In this document: in pieces, positions 1 to 24,099 of the stretch | Layout of the letters: every line of letters begins with the position of its first letter | Numbering within the stretch: position 1 is the first letter of the stretch | Assembly: GCA_035221665.1 (NCBI GenBank) | Contig: CM069165.1 | Location: forward strand, 22,940,001 to 23,004,000 | DNA length: 64,000 nucleotides | Source: Okamejei kenojei | Lineage: Eukaryota | Direction: 5' to 3' | Translations under genes and position numbers: made by a program | Notes under the pieces: model-generated | The model's database searches: none | Told to the model about the DNA's origin: nothing | What the model saw: only the letters and a program-made list of their open reading frames with translations

Positions 1-380
1 AGACTGATTGTAGTGGGCCCGGGAGAAAGCTGGATTGGGGCAGTACACACTCTGGCAGCTCTTGGTGGATACAGGTGAAGGGAGGTTTCAATGGCAGATG
101 GATGGGTGGACAAAGGCTAGCAATGCAAAGGAGACAAAGAGGGTATAGGGTAAAGAGAGAAGTGAAATATGAAGCCAGAGGAAGGATTATAGGTATAAGG
201 GGATGTGAGAAGGTGAAGGGGGGTGGGGGGGGGGGAAGGAAGATTAGTTGGTGATATGGGTCACATCCCAGTGGGGCACAGCGAAGAGAGGGGAGAAAGG
301 GGGGGGGGGGGGGGGGGTTGTCTCCTATAATAGGAGAATTCAATGTTAGTACCGTTGGGTTGTCAGCTACCCAAGCGGAT
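1..380 (-). mobile_element. Penelope-like element 3' fragment
   Basis: Reverse strand reads RLGS*QPNGTNIEFS (C-terminus of the GIY-YIG region), followed by a pyrimidine-rich tail. Confidence 0.6.
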
Positions 381-1918
381 TCAATATAAATTAAACTTGC
401 CCATTTATTTCAAGCTCTTGGCTGAGTGCTGTATCAGGCAGAAAGCCCTGGCAAGAAGGTTTCCTATTCAAACTTCAGGTGCCACCCTTTGGCCATGAGA
501 ACCAGACGAATAGTGGATAAGCAGAATAAATGTACAAGGCCACTAATTAACATCAGTATTGACACAAAGTACATTTCATATGGAGAACCTGAACAGATCC
601 TTAAAAGTATTCACATGAGCATTGAAAAAAAATGGCAAAACCACAGAGATCAGTAAGTAAAGAAACAAACTTCAGCTCATTAATTATCCCCAGTTAATTT
701 CCGCAAGATACTTCCGATAGTGCTGTGCAACTTGTTTTAGTGCACGTCAGAAGTTACTGCTGAGAATCCCCAGCAAAATTTTGACCAACAATCAAAAAGC
801 ATTCCTGGAGACTTCCGGTGGTGCCATGTTTTGGTAACAGTCGCCACACATAGCTTCGCTCCCGAAAATTTGCGATTTTTCACATTAAAACTGGATTTAG
901 AGATCGGGACCGATTAAAAAAAGGTTATCGGAGGCCTTGAATGCTCTGCTGATGGCATCAACAATAAGTGCTGTGCATTAAACTCTGGATTTAACCCTTT
1001 AAATGCAGAATCCGATTTCTGCTCAGGGTCCTCAGAGAAGCATTTCAAAAATACACTGCTGCACTGAGATAGAGCCTGAAGAGCTTGGAGAATCGACTTT
1101 TGAATTTACTTTTTAAATCTTTCAAATTTCCAGCAGCTACATACATCACACTGTTCGAGATTTCTACAGTAATGTGATGGACAGTTAACATATTCATTAT
1201 GGGGCATAAGTAGTTGGTATTGATTTATTCTTGCCATGAGCACTGAGGTACAGTGAACAACTTGCCTGCGAACCAGTCCAATTATACTGTACACGAGTAC
1301 AATCAAACCACACACAGGTAAAACCGAAAAATACCAGAGGACAGAATAAGTGTTACAGCATTACAGCTTTACAGTTGCAGAGAATGTGCAGATAAAAGTG
1401 CAAGTTCTTTAATGAAGTAGGTACTGAGATTAAGGTTCTAAGATTTAGAAAAAAATGACAGACACTGTAAATTAATATCCTTACATCCAATGAAACAGTC
1501 ATTGTTGAAATGTAGAAAACTATTTAATTGCACAGATTGGTGGTCACTGATCCATAGAGGTAAACCGGGCAGAAACAGGCTCATCCGTACAACTCGTCCA
1601 TGCCGACCAATTGTCTAACCGAGCTAGTCCCCTGTGCCAGCAAGTTGGTCTTTGTGATATTGATTAAGGGAATAAATACTGACCAGGAAAACCCCTGTAC
1701 TTTTCTTTAAACCATATAATAGAAATGTGTCTGGTTGTGATACATACAGATCTGTTTCTGATACAAATGGAGCTGATAAATTATAAATTAAAATTCTGAC
1801 CTCAGGAGGCTAAGGAGATATATGGGAAAACAACAGTGGATAAAGAGCGAGTTTATGTGTTACTCAGAATGTGATATGGCCAGTTGCATGGAATAAGTGG
1901 AGTTTTGATTTCATTACC

Positions 1919-2184
1919 CACGGTAGCACAGCGGTAGAGTTGCTGCCTTACAGACTCGAGTTCAATCCCGACTACGGGTGTTGTCTGTGCGCCGTTTGTA
2001 CGTTCTCCCCGTGACCGCTTGGGTTTTCTCCAAGATCTTCGGTTTCCTCCCACACTCCAAAGACGTGGAGGTTTGTCGGTTAATTAAATTGGTGTGTTGG
2101 ATAGTGTTAATGTGTGATGATCGCTGGTCAGTGCGGACACGGTGGGCCAAAGGGCCTGTTTTCGTGCTGAATCTCTAAACTAAA
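1919..2184 (+). mobile_element. tRNA-derived V-SINE (HE1-like)
   Basis: A/B-box-like head ggtagcacagcggtagag..gagttcaatcc; V-domain gtttgtacgttctccccgtgacc..ggtttcctcccacactccaaagac; LINE-like tail. Confidence 0.85.
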
Positions 2185-3234
2185 CATCTGAGCTTTCATG
2201 CTGATTCATCGTGAATGGACGATGCATTGTGCAATTTGACAAGGCACCAACTCTTCACCGAGAGACATCACTTTAACAATGGGCTCAACGGTCTCTTTCT
2301 GTTTTGTAAAACCACATCATATGATCCAGATACCCAAGAAATGAATTGATGGGAAAATTATCACTTCTATTAATAATATATCCAGAACCTTGTAGGGCTA
2401 ACTATGAAGTTTATTTTCTAGGTTGAAACATTTTTAGAGCTGGACCTCCTGTGTAGACTCTGCACCCTGTAATTACTGTTCCCTTTGGACTATGGAGAGC
2501 TACTTCCGCTGTAATAAATTGTTATTTTCCTTACAAAAATAAGAATATTAATTATACATTACACTCTACCAATAATGCTAAAGTGCCGAGAATGTTGTGC
2601 TTCAGTTGCACTTTCTACAGGGACAATAGTCCACCATAACGCAGCAATTAGTCTCGTTAACCTTGTAACATCATATTGATATTCTGCTGTAATAAATATG
2701 TAAATTCATCCATAACCTACATTAGAATAATAATATTAGAAAATATCAAATGTTAAGACAGTAAACTGAAAGTTGCAATATTATAATCAGAGATCAGAAA
2801 TGCATTAGGTATACCGATACACATCATCTCACTTTTCAAACACAAGTCACACTATTAACAAAACATTTACAAATATTAAGGGAACAAGACCAACCTGTTT
2901 GGAAGATAGTTCTCTGGGCTAATTTAAATTGATGAATTCAAACTGTGCACCAATTTTTTGCTTCTTCACAGTCATTGAAACCTCATTCTGACCAATTAAC
3001 CAAAATCCTCAAGCTCTGCACAGTTTGACTACTTGGTGACTCCAGGCACTGGATAATGAGTCTCGCATCATTTAGTAAATGCTCTTCGAAATCTCAACAG
3101 AATGTGTTGAGGAGTTGGACAAAATAAAAGCCCATCCAGGGCAATGAAGCTGCTCACATCTTCAATGTACGTGGCGGTAATCTTTTCCCCTTTGTTGTTG
3201 CACCGTTAGAGAGTACCTCATACCTTCCCCTTAC

Positions 3235-13103
<9,869 letters not shown>

Positions 13104-13609
13104 GATGGCTTTATTCTGGCACAATATGGGCCTTCTGCAAAGGTGGAGGAGAAATAATCATTTCAGAGAAGAAATACGATCAATGAAAGTAAGATGTCAA
13201 TGGCCAGATTGAATTATTTGAGGGCTATTAAAATAGATTTTAATAAGCTTACACTCTACCCAATTACTCGGTGGAAACACCTTCACCTGAAGGACCGCAA
13301 GGATTGAAGAAGGCATTTCATATTTTCGCACTTAAGAATGGGCAATAAATGCTTCACTTTCCAGCTCATGCTATATGACGTAGCTGAATAAACTATCTTT
13401 ACCGTGGCATCATTAATAAACTAAATTACTAATGTTCTAACATACAGATTATTGAATCTTACAATAATAAAGCACAGGAGGAGGTTATTACCACTATCAC
13501 ATCTTGACCAACTATTTGGAAGTGCTATTACTCAATCCCCAGTTCTTCACATTTTGGTAAAATGTCACCTGCAACAATAAATCTGATTGACTTTTGAAAG
13601 TTCTATTGA

Positions 13610-13810
13610 CAATAGACAATAGGTGCAGGAGTAGGCCATACGGCCCTTCGAGCCAGCACCGCCATTCAATTGATCATGGCTGATCATCCCCAATCAGTAC
13701 CCCGTTCCTGCCTTCTCCCCATATCCCCTGACCTCTATTTTTAAGAGCCCTATCTAGCTCTCTCTTGAAAGCATCCAGAGAACCTGCCTCCACCGCCCTC
13801 CGAGGCAGAT
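13610..13810 (-). mobile_element. CR1 LINE 3' tail
   Basis: gacaatagacaataggtgcaggagtaggccat..gatcatggctgatc; a similar tail occurs at 3918-4105. Confidence 0.75.
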
Positions 13811-14651
13811 GAGGTGAACCTTCTGAGGTGAACCTTCTTCCACCTTCATATCAGATCATTGCAATTCGTTACATCAACAGTATTCAAAATTAGAAAATTA
13901 TTTCTTAAAATGAGATACAAGATGGTGGTTTCATTAAACAATGAAGGCCATTGATAGTGAAATATTGCTCTGTCTGCAGAGGCTGCCTGATTTGTTCTGT
14001 ATACCCAGAATTTTCTATTTTTATTTCAATTTGATGTTGTTGTTTTGCAGCCCGCCTTACTTCAAAAGTTCTGCACTCACACCACATCCACTCATGAACG
14101 GTGGTGGACAATTAAACGGCCATAAGGGAGGTCATGGCTCTGTGGTTCAAACATCGTATTTCCACATTTGCAGATTTATTTTCTGTAAGAAAATCACTGA
14201 TTATTTTTGATACATTTTGGAAATTATACTTTGATGGGGCAGAGTGTGGCTGATGTTTTTGATCCAGGAAGTTAACCTTTTGATTGGCAGCGTGTGATTG
14301 GTTTCTCATCAACCGAGAAGGGCAACAAAAATCAACGTGAAATGACCGTGACGTACATACGTTGCACATAAACTTTGCAGGTATGACGCTTGGATTGTGA
14401 TGAAATCTTCCATGAGATTTGTGATCTACATTAAGTTGAAGTGAAGTACTTACATATGATGTGTCTGGTCACATTCACTCCAGCTTGATGCATATTTCTC
14501 TATGACTCACGTATAATGCAATTTGTGGCTCTTGCCCAAATTAGAAAGATTAGTTTCAAGTCCTGATATTTGAGCATATATTCAGGTGGATATTCAGGAC
14601 TTTTAAAATATGCTTTAGAAAACGTTTTAAAACTAATTATGTCTTAACTTT

Positions 14652-14816
14652 AGGTAGACACAATGTGCTAGAGTAACTCAGCGGATCAGGCATCAACTCT
14701 GGAGAAAAAGGATGGGTGAAGTGTCGGGTCAGGACCCAAAGGTAAAATGTCACCTACCCTTTTCTCAGAAGATGCTGCCTGATCATTTGAGTTCCTCCAA
14801 CACATTGTGTCTATCT
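14652..14816. repeat. Fold-back Penelope-derived short repeat with 15-bp TSD
   Basis: Inverted arms (gtagacacaatgtgctagagtaactca.. / ..tgagttcctccaacacattgtgtctat) flanked by ttatgtcttaacttt at 14637 and 14817. The same family occurs near 8055, 16440, 22600, 25055, 27590, 27950, 31260, 44815, 46015, 51440, 52470, 56162, 57545, 59436 and 60740. Confidence 0.75.
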
Positions 14817-15059
14817 TTATGTCTTAACTTTTTCCAGTTTTAATGAAAGGTCTTCAACTTAAACATTATTTTTTTCCTCTTACCAATGATTGCTAACCTC
14901 CCAAATATTTTTAGCAATTTATGGGCACACACTTACCCAAATTTGCTTGGGATAGTAAGAATTGGGCGAAACATGACTGAAATCTATTTTGTAATTTGTC
15001 AAAATGTTACAAAAAGATAATATTATTGACTTTAAAGTAGGAAAGAGAATTGGGCTAGG

Positions 15060-16240
15060 ATATAAAAGATCCATCATAATTAATCAAGATATATTTCAAG
15101 GGATAATATATGCATTTGGATAGACAAGGACTTATTAAGGATAGTCAGCATGGTTTTGTATGATGGTGGTCATGTCTTATGAACCTGATTGTGTTTTTTG
15201 AAGGAATCAAAAAGGTTGATGAAGGCAAAGCCATAGATGTTGTCTATATGAACCAGCAAGAGATTTGATAAGGATCGGCATGATAGACTGCTCTGGAATG
15301 TTTGATTGTATGGGATCCAGGGAGAGCTAACTGACGGGTTAGAGAATTGGCTTCAAGCAAAGAACCAGAGTGTGATGGTGCAAGATCGTTTATCAACGGG
15401 AGAGCTGTGACTACTGGAGTGCCTCAGGGATTGGTGGTGGGCCCATTGCTACATGTGGTTTACATCAACTATTTAGATGAGAATGTAATATACAAGGCAT
15501 GATTAGAAGTTTGCAGATAACACAAAAGTGGGTGGTTTCGTAGATAGCAAAGAAGGTTATTAAAAATAACAGCAGGATCTTGAGCAGGTGGGCTGAGGAA
15601 TGGTTAATGGAGTTTAATGCAGACAAGTTTGAGCTTTGGGGAAGTCAAACCAGGGCAGGACCTTTAAGGTGAATGGCAGGATACTGGGGATATAGGAGTG
15701 CGGGTGCATAGTTGCTTGCAAGTTACGTTATAGGTAGATAGGGTGACGAAAGATTTTGTTACATTGGCCTTCATAAGCAGGGTATTGAGTATACAAGTTG
15801 GAATGTTATGTCACAGTTGTACAATAAGTTGGCGAGGCCGTATTTGAAGCATTGTGTTCAGTTTTCTGTCACCCTGCTGCAGGAAGAATGATGGAAAGAG
15901 TTCAGAGAAGATTTACGAGGATGTTGCCAGGATTTGAGAGGCTGAGCTATAGGGCAAGGTTGCGCAGGCTAGAACTTTATACCTTTGAGTGCAGGGAGGA
16001 TGAGGGGTTATCTTATAGCGGTGTTTAGGATCATGAGGGAAATAGATAGGTTGAATGCAATATTTTACTCAGAGTGAGGGAATCAAGAACCAGGGGACAT
16101 ACATTTAAGGTGAGAGGGGAAAGATTTAATAGGAACGTGAGAGATAGCATTTTCACACAGAGGGTGATGGTATATGGAATGAGCTACCAGAGGAGGTAGT
16201 TGAGGTAGGTACTATAACAACCTTTGAAAGAAATTTGGGC
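15060..16240 (+). mobile_element. CR1-type LINE relic (RT and 3' end)
   Basis: Degenerate [66 protein letters not shown]. Confidence 0.88.
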
Positions 16241-17065
16241 AAATCCACCCCAGAATCTTCGACATACTCCACCTTGCCTAATATTTTGTTCTAATGCAGC
16301 TTGGTTTTTTCTTACAATACATATGTAAAAAGATGTTGAAGAGAATCCACAGTTAAGTATTTTCTCACTTTATTTTTCAACAGTCTAGTATGCAATTCAG
16401 GAGTCAGTAATCTGTCCTCCTAAACTACTCAGAATTTTAAAATGTAGAAATAAAGAGGTGCAGGCGCTGGTTAATACACAAAAAGTGCTGTAATTCAGCA
16501 CGTTGGCAGCATCTCTGGAGAATATGGATAGATGGCGTTTCTGGTCGAGATCCTTCTTCAGACTGAATTTCTTCAGTATATCTACGGATTACTGTTGAGT
16601 GGGAAGCTTGAACTCAAATATACAGGCGGCATTTTGCCCCATGACTTCTTTGCGATTTCCACATGATGTCCTTCAACTTCAAATTGATCAGGATTCCCTG
16701 TTGCCTCACTCAGTCAAATGCTGATTCAAGGGCAGAAACTCTCGTCTTATCTTTAGAATTTAGTTCTGTGGTCCATATTTGGTTCAAAACCGTAAAGAGG
16801 TCTGGAGCAGAGTGAGTCTGGCAAAACAGTAACATGACAGGTCATCAGTGAGTAAGTACTGATTCACAGAAATGCATTCTGTCATTTTGCTGATGATTGA
16901 GAACAGAATAACTAAACAGTAATTATCCAGATTAGATATGTCCTGGTTTTTTTTTTGGTGAACTGAATATACCATATGCTATTGCTGTAACTGTTCAAAA
17001 TGAATTTAGTAGAACGTGCAACTAGTTCGGAGTCCAGGTCTTCAATACTACAGTTGGGATGTTGT

Positions 17066-17410
17066 CTAGAAAAATAGGTGCAGGAGAGGCCCTTTCGGCC
17101 CATCGAGCCAGCACCGCCATTCAATACAATCAACTAAAATCAGTATCCCGTTCCTGCTTTTCCCCCCATATCCCTTGATTCCTTTAGCCCCAAGAGCTAA
17201 ATCTAACTTTCTCTTGAAAAAATCCAGTGAATTGGCCTCCACTGCCTTCTGCGGCAGAGAATTCCACAGATTCACAACTCTGGTTGAAAAAGGGTTTCCT
17301 CATCTTAGTCCGAAATGGCCTACCCCTTATTCTTAAACAGTGACCCCCTGGTTCCGGACTCCCCCAACATTGGGAATATTTTTCCTGCATCTAGCCTATG
17401 TAACCCTTTA
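17066..17410 (-). mobile_element. CR1 LINE 3' fragment
   Basis: [22 protein letters not shown] followed by the typical 3' UTR ending gggccgaaaggcct. Confidence 0.85.
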
Positions 17411-18594
17411 AGATCCAGTCGCCATATCCTTTGCTATATTATCGTGTTTTCAGCTATTTCTTCATATTATGCGGTGCATTGAAGCAACTAATTTTATTGG
17501 AAGATGTGATTATTGAAGGAAAGTGAAAACAGAATGGGCTATGCACCAGTAAACTCTGATAAATTGTGCCAATGGTTTCCTTCTCCTTGACCTTACAATG
17601 TCATTCATAGAAATGAAATTATAATTATCTTGACTCCTCTCATGTAGTAATATAGCAGTAACTCTCTCAAAGTTAAGCACTTCTCAGTTGGGTGTACTGA
17701 ATACCACTGCATTGTGCCACAGAAAGCTCTTGTTAATAAAGCACTCCACTATTTCCTTATGATTCCCACGGCAAGCAGCTGGATGCTAATGTAATGCCAT
17801 TCAATATTCAGTTATTCCGTTCTGATTTATTAATTAATACATAGAATAAAATATATTGCTTCTCTATTAATGTGTGTGGGATGAGAGGCATTTGGAAGAA
17901 ATTAAGTTACAACGTTTGCAGTTTGCTTCCGAGTGAAATTATACAAATAACCGATTCAATGTTGCTCCTCCTTAAGCATTTGAATTTCACCAAGCCTAAA
18001 ATTCAAACATTACACAAATAGAGCGGCAGTGTCTGACAACAGCCACCTATTGATTCAAGTGGAGTTCATATAGTTTTAGGATACAGGTGCATACTGGAGT
18101 AATGAGATGTGCATTAAAAGACTTGGATCAGAAATCCAGAGAAACGAGTTTGAAGCCCTCCATAACATTGGGGCTCAATTGTTCCAATTGTAGTGGAAAA
18201 TCCATTGTTTCTTTCAAAAGAAAATGTTGATTCCATTGTGCAACCATACAATCTCACAGTACAAAAAGTGTGTGTCGATCCAACATTTATTGGCCATTCC
18301 TGACCCCTTAAAATGAGAAGCTTGCAAAGGAAATTAATAGTCAACTGCATTTGAGAGCCCAGAGTCAGGTACAGACTGGGCAAGGATGACAGACTTCCTC
18401 CTCAGAATGAAATCAGTGAACAAAGTGGGTTTGTAATGACATCCATAACGCAGCAAGGTCAGTAATGGACTGAGTGACATTTTGTGCTGTGAAACTCTGT
18501 GGTTCCTCTCCTCTATTTCAATGCCACAAAGGATTCTCAGTGACCGTCCTTGATTGACAACAAATAGATTCACAGATCAGTGTTGAATTCAATA

Positions 18595-19416
18595 CTAATT
18601 CTCAACCTTTTTACCCTTTCGGAACCCTTGAAATCATTTTCATGTCTCTGGGAACCCCTACATAAAAAGTATTATATGTCTTTATTAATCTTTCTTTCTC
18701 TTTCATAAACTTAAAGTTCATAAGGCAAACATTATATATATTTCTGATAACTGGCTTAAGCAAAAAATAACATGTTTTTCTCAAGTTGACAATGCAAATA
18801 AAAAAACTGAAATCAAACTGGTTGTTCAAGAGACCTCATGAGGAGGTTTTCATTCACACAAAAAAAATCAACCAGAGAGACAGAGAGACGATCAAGAGAG
18901 AGGGAGAGAGAGAGGGGGAGAGAGGAGAGAGAAAACACAAACTTTTGATAAACTAACAAAAACATACATAAATAAACTTTTTGATAAAACTAACAAAAAT
19001 AAACAGAAATATACTTAATTTTTAAAAATTCATATAACATCCCTAAATGATGGGTAAAAATGAATAACGTGGGTGGATGAGGGACTGTACCTGCACGCCA
19101 GGAAGCACAGACAGGACTGATGGAGACCGTGCATGCGTCTGTACTCGAGTGAATCACTTGAATCAGTCACGTGCAGCTCCTGTCCACTGACCACTAAAGG
19201 CCGTTTCACACTGGCGCCGTATAAACATCGCCAAATATATTCCCTATGATTATTATACTTTTAAATGATATAACAGGTTGAAAACTTCATTATAATACCC
19301 AAGAATTTTCCAAGAATATGCCGTACGTGTGTAATAAAATTACGAAAAAATGCTTTTACATGTGATTAGCCTACTTATCACTATTTCTCTCGGAACCCCA
19401 GTTGCGAACCGCCGAT
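18595..19416. mobile_element. hAT-like non-autonomous element (degenerate)
   Basis: Termini ..ttctcaacctttt and ggaaccccagttgcgaaccgccg, with repeated subterminal ggaaccc motifs; internal (GA)n. Confidence 0.5.
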
Positions 19417-21429
19417 CTACACTGATAGCATATTAAGTAAGCATTTCTAACATCTAATTTTCAGAAGGAAATGTTAAGTTAACTTTCATGAAGCAATTGT
19501 ATGGGCCAAATATTTTTACTAAAATTATGTTTCAATGAATGCAAGTTTGGCCATACATTTACAGTACACTGATAGCACTAGATAGCAAAGTCAACCATCC
19601 CCCACACAACCATGAAAACGGGGCTTCATAAACTGGCAAGAACATTCAAGTGGAATGTAGTTGGAGTCAATCTGGCTCAAGAGTGGTAATGCAAGATATG
19701 ATCGTTCCTGAACAGGAAGCAGCCTGAATTTTAATTCAACAGTAATTTTGCAGCAAGTTCCAAGTAGTGAGCCTGAAGCTATGCACTTTTCATTAGAGCA
19801 TGCGCAATACGGTATACAATTGTGCATAAGTCACGATGATGAATTTATTGTGCAAATAGAATTAATTGGTTACACACTGGAAGGATTTAATATGCATGTG
19901 TACACTTGTCCCTTTCAGCATATCCTACTGAAAGATCAAAGGCAAAATAAGTACGCATCTTCCTATCAGCACAGATGCTCTCGCCCAGCAAGTCCCCTCA
20001 TGCCTTCATATAGCAACAATATAGACCAGCCCAAGTTAAAGCTTGAAGGGAATATGGAAAGGGTCTGAGCACAAAGGCATACAATAAGTAAGCTGGCACA
20101 CATTAATCAATAACCCAGCCATAAGCAAATAGCCCAATTCTTTGAGGGTACAATGGAAGGGAAGAATTCCAAGAGAGTAGACCATGACAACAAATCTGGA
20201 GTTCAAAGGTGGACTGACAATGAACTGGGTTATCTTTTCAGTAATCAAGCTGGTGCCAAGTGCACTGCACCCAACAAGGATATCTTGAGGGGGAGTGGGG
20301 AAGAGAATCAAAAGTTGGTAGTCCAGGATCACCATAAACTCTGTGCAGGCTTGCATTTTGCTGTGTAGGTGGTAGTGGAGGGAATGCATTAGATTGCTTT
20401 CTCACTGCGGATGTCAATGATAAAGCATATACATCTCATCCACGTCATTCCTCTGGACAGTAGGCCACTGCCAGTGGGGAAGATTTCAAACTAATGTTAG
20501 CCTGCTGACAAATGAGTATCAACTATGCCAGAGCACCAGCTGTTCAAGCATTTGGTCGTCTGGCACCTGGTGTGAAGCAAAACCACAGCAACCTGCAAAT
20601 CTCATTGTGCTGCATCTATTTATGCCACGTTCTATGCACAAAGGAGACCAAACTATGTGGACAATGCTGCACTTTGTGGACACACAAAATCAAGACCCAC
20701 GCAATCTTAAATTGAACTATAGTAGATCAGAAATAATTCTAAAGTAGAAAATTACGTAAGTGCAATGCTTAAACACATAGCACAGATTAAATTAGGCTAG
20801 GTTAAAATATAGCAATATCTTATCAAAAGTTATGAAGTGATTGACCAGTTTTGATGGAAGAATTTGATGGAAGATCTTTGGTTATCATCTTTCAACCATT
20901 AACATTCATCTAAACATCAGGAAGCCTAAATTCTAGCCATATATAACAATTTCATTTAATCTCCCAAAACCAGAAAATATTGTAAACATGTGTGTCTTGG
21001 ATCAGAAACACAAATTCACTTTCTCTTTTCATAGATGCTGTTTGACCTGTTGACTGTTTCGACCATTTTCTGTTTTTATTTCAGATTTGCAATTACTTTT
21101 TTATCTGATTGAGAGCTCCACTATACAGCACTCCCCATGAGCACAATGTGCTGAAGAATTTGAGCAAGTTTTGACTCCTCAACTTTTGATTCATTGTGCT
21201 GAAATCTGGAATATACAGGTAGGTGGCAGGTAGGAATACGAGCTGGGAAATTGATCTCTACGGTTTGTTTGTTCATTATTGTCACGTGACAAGATATAGG
21301 GAAGAGTACGCATGTTATGGATCATAACCTTTGATCCTAGTTTGTTCAGCAGGATTAGTGCTGGTCTATACTTTCATTCCATTCACTTGTATTTCTAACA
21401 ATTTCAGAAAAAGCTTTTATCCGAGTGCT

Positions 21430-21830
21430 GTCCAGTTAAAAAAAGACTAGGGATCAGACTCTGAGAAGATTTGACAAGATGCTAAATAGTCTATCAAGCT
21501 TCAACATATGTACGGTTTAGAGCATATCGACTGGCTATGTCATGGCCTGACCCAGAATTGTGAATGTTCCAGAACGAAGGATGCTGCAGAAAGTGGTGGA
21601 TATTGCCCAGATCATCATTAGTATAGTGACAGATTCCACAGTAAACACTGCCTCAGACAACAGCTAATATCATCAAAGACCCACACCACCCAAGCTAGTC
21701 ACTTCTTGCTGCTATTATTGGCAAGAAGGTAGAGGAGCCTAAAAATCATTACTTCTAGGTTCATCTCATCAACAATCAGGTTTCATGAACCAACCCTGCA
21801 CAAGCCTGACCACGACTCTAACCTCGGCAC
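21430..21830 (+). mobile_element. Rex1/Babar-like LINE 3' relic
   Basis: Degenerate ESI.TG....W..LQKVVDIAQII..IIKDPHHP....LL..RR.RS motif string. Confidence 0.55.
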
Positions 21831-24099
21831 AAAACCACTTGTGATTTTGCACTACTATGGGTGCTCTACATATTTTAGTTTTTGTTTTACCGTCATTGGC
21901 TGGTCTACTTAGAATAAGACAAAAGTTAAACTGGTTAAATATTCTCTTCCCACAAACAAAAAATATTTTTCAGTAGAAATTTCCCTGCCTGCATTAGGAG
22001 AATAGAAGTATTCAGTACCAGTTAACATCGAGATATAAACTTCAAAATATACCCGTAAATTTAATTTAGATTGTATTCAACCCAATCCGTGGCAGCTCTG
22101 ATCATAATCAGACCACGTCTTCAGATTTTCCATTGAGAATATTTTTCATCATCTGCTCAAACATTTCAGTATCATCAATCCCAGGAAACTGTATGGATCA
22201 AAATTCCAATCATCTCACTCAGATCCTGGCTACTGTTAGTACACTTTCTCCATTCCAAAGGGTACACAATTTCTCCATTCCAAAAGTGATCTTGAATGCC
22301 AGAGAAATAGCTTGTCTTCCAAAACTAAAACTTTAATCTGGTGCTACTAGTCTTACTTTTTGGAACTGTTGTAATTCTCAATTATTTTTTTAGTTCAAAA
22401 CTATTGATGTGATAAACTCAAAATAGAAATAATATAGCTAAAATAAATTTCAATATATTTTCAACATTGAAACCATATTTGCATTAAACCCATTCTCCCT
22501 GCTTATCCAAATTTTCTTGACAACAAGCATTCATGCGGAGATGAACGGGAGGGTTATTGTGGAGAGGGGCAGCAGGTAATAAAGTACTTTTTAAAGAAGT
22601 CTTTAAGAAGGAACTGCAGATGCTGGAAAATCGAAGGTAAACAAAAATGCTGGAGAAACTCAGCAGGCGAGGCAGCACCTACGGATGCTGCCTCACCTGC
22701 TGTTTTTAAAGAAGTCTGATTATTTTTGCAAGGAAACAAGTGACATTTTGCATATAGCAAAATCCCATAATAGCAATGACAAGTTTGTCTTCTTAATTGT
22801 TATCGTTGAAGGAAACCTATCCCATCCAGGCAAGGCATTATTTTTTAAAATATTTCAGTGGGATCTTTAGCAGTCACCCCAGGATACATCAGACCAGTTC
22901 CTCCACTAGTGCAATGCTCTCTCTCACTACACTATTTTCTCTCCGTTCACAATTTGCACAAATTTTAAGTCTAACGAGCCACCATCCTCTAATTGAACCA
23001 TTGTATGAATGCCAAGGTAACAGAAACGCAGGGAAGAGTTTTTTTGCTACACTTATCAGTACGTTCATACCTGTGTGGAAGGGAGGGAGGGAGGGCCCTG
23101 GAGCTATTTGCAGAAAGAATTTTCTGTAATGAGTTATACTCCCTTTGCTGTCAACGGCAACATTTTCAGTCTAAAAACTAAATCATTCTACCTCAAATCA
23201 AAAACAAAGTAGGTTTATCCCTGCTTTTAGTGCAAATTTCCCTTTTCTTCCTTCTCCTAAAGAATTAGTTTTGCTCCTTTCTCTGACATATAATTTATTC
23301 ATTTTGTTGGATGCGCTAGTTGTTATCCTCATCTTTTTCATGCCCATCCACACTTGCCCTTGAGGTGTGCTGATATGTTTTCACGTACTCTTGCAATCCT
23401 TGTGTTGAAGATACCCTAACTGTGCTATTAGGCAAGACTCAGTAACGTTGAATATTTTCAATTCAGGATGGACAGAGACCAAGGGAACCTGAAGATATTG
23501 TAGCCTGTAGGCATTTGCTGCCCTCGTCTTTCTGGGTGGTGGAGATCATATATCAGGTTGGTATATCAGGTGGACTGAAACTGTCCACTTTCTTGGTCTA
23601 TAACCACCCAGTGAGCAGTGATACTTATTCCGTGTTTCACAATGATCTGATTATCTTCCCCTTCCCTCTTTATCTTTACACTCTTTTTCTGAGGTGGATT
23701 AAAAAAAAGGTGGTCCTTCTGAATATTTATTCCCTACCATAGAAAATTTTAATTCTCATATTTCTTCCCTTAACACCGGAAAAGCTTTACAAGCCAAAAT
23801 GGAAAGAGCAAAATTACTATAGGAATTTCAAATGTTCAAACGAAAAACGAAATAAGCTACTATTTCTTCAGTTCGGAAGCAGATGTGTCATTATATATAA
23901 ATCAACGCATAAATTCAACAGTATAATTCAGATTAATTATAAAGCCCTTATAAATTGCAGACTTCCACCCATTATATTTTATATCTACCCATGATATAAA
24001 GTATTCTCAAGTATCCAGTCTAACTTCAATCACTGTTCTTGTTGCATTCCAAAATCATGGATTATTGCCATGTGTTGACAAATTCATGATCTTCATCAC

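Noticed and set aside
808-930. gacttccggtggtgccatg, resembling a promoter ETS site or the 5' end of an L1-type element
   Set aside because: Too short, with no supporting ORF; most likely a retroelement 5' remnant in an intron.
1919-2000. tRNA-like sequences (also at 9121, 42627 and 50694)
   Set aside because: They are SINE heads followed by the V-domain and a LINE tail, with no complete cloverleaf.
3010-3052. Minus-strand cag|TGCCTGG resembling the next P4HA1 exon (S-A-W...)
   Set aside because: It continues SHQVVKLCRA-stop with no similarity to the expected AWLS..E.P exon, and the polypyrimidine tract is poor; the true exon is probably outside the window.
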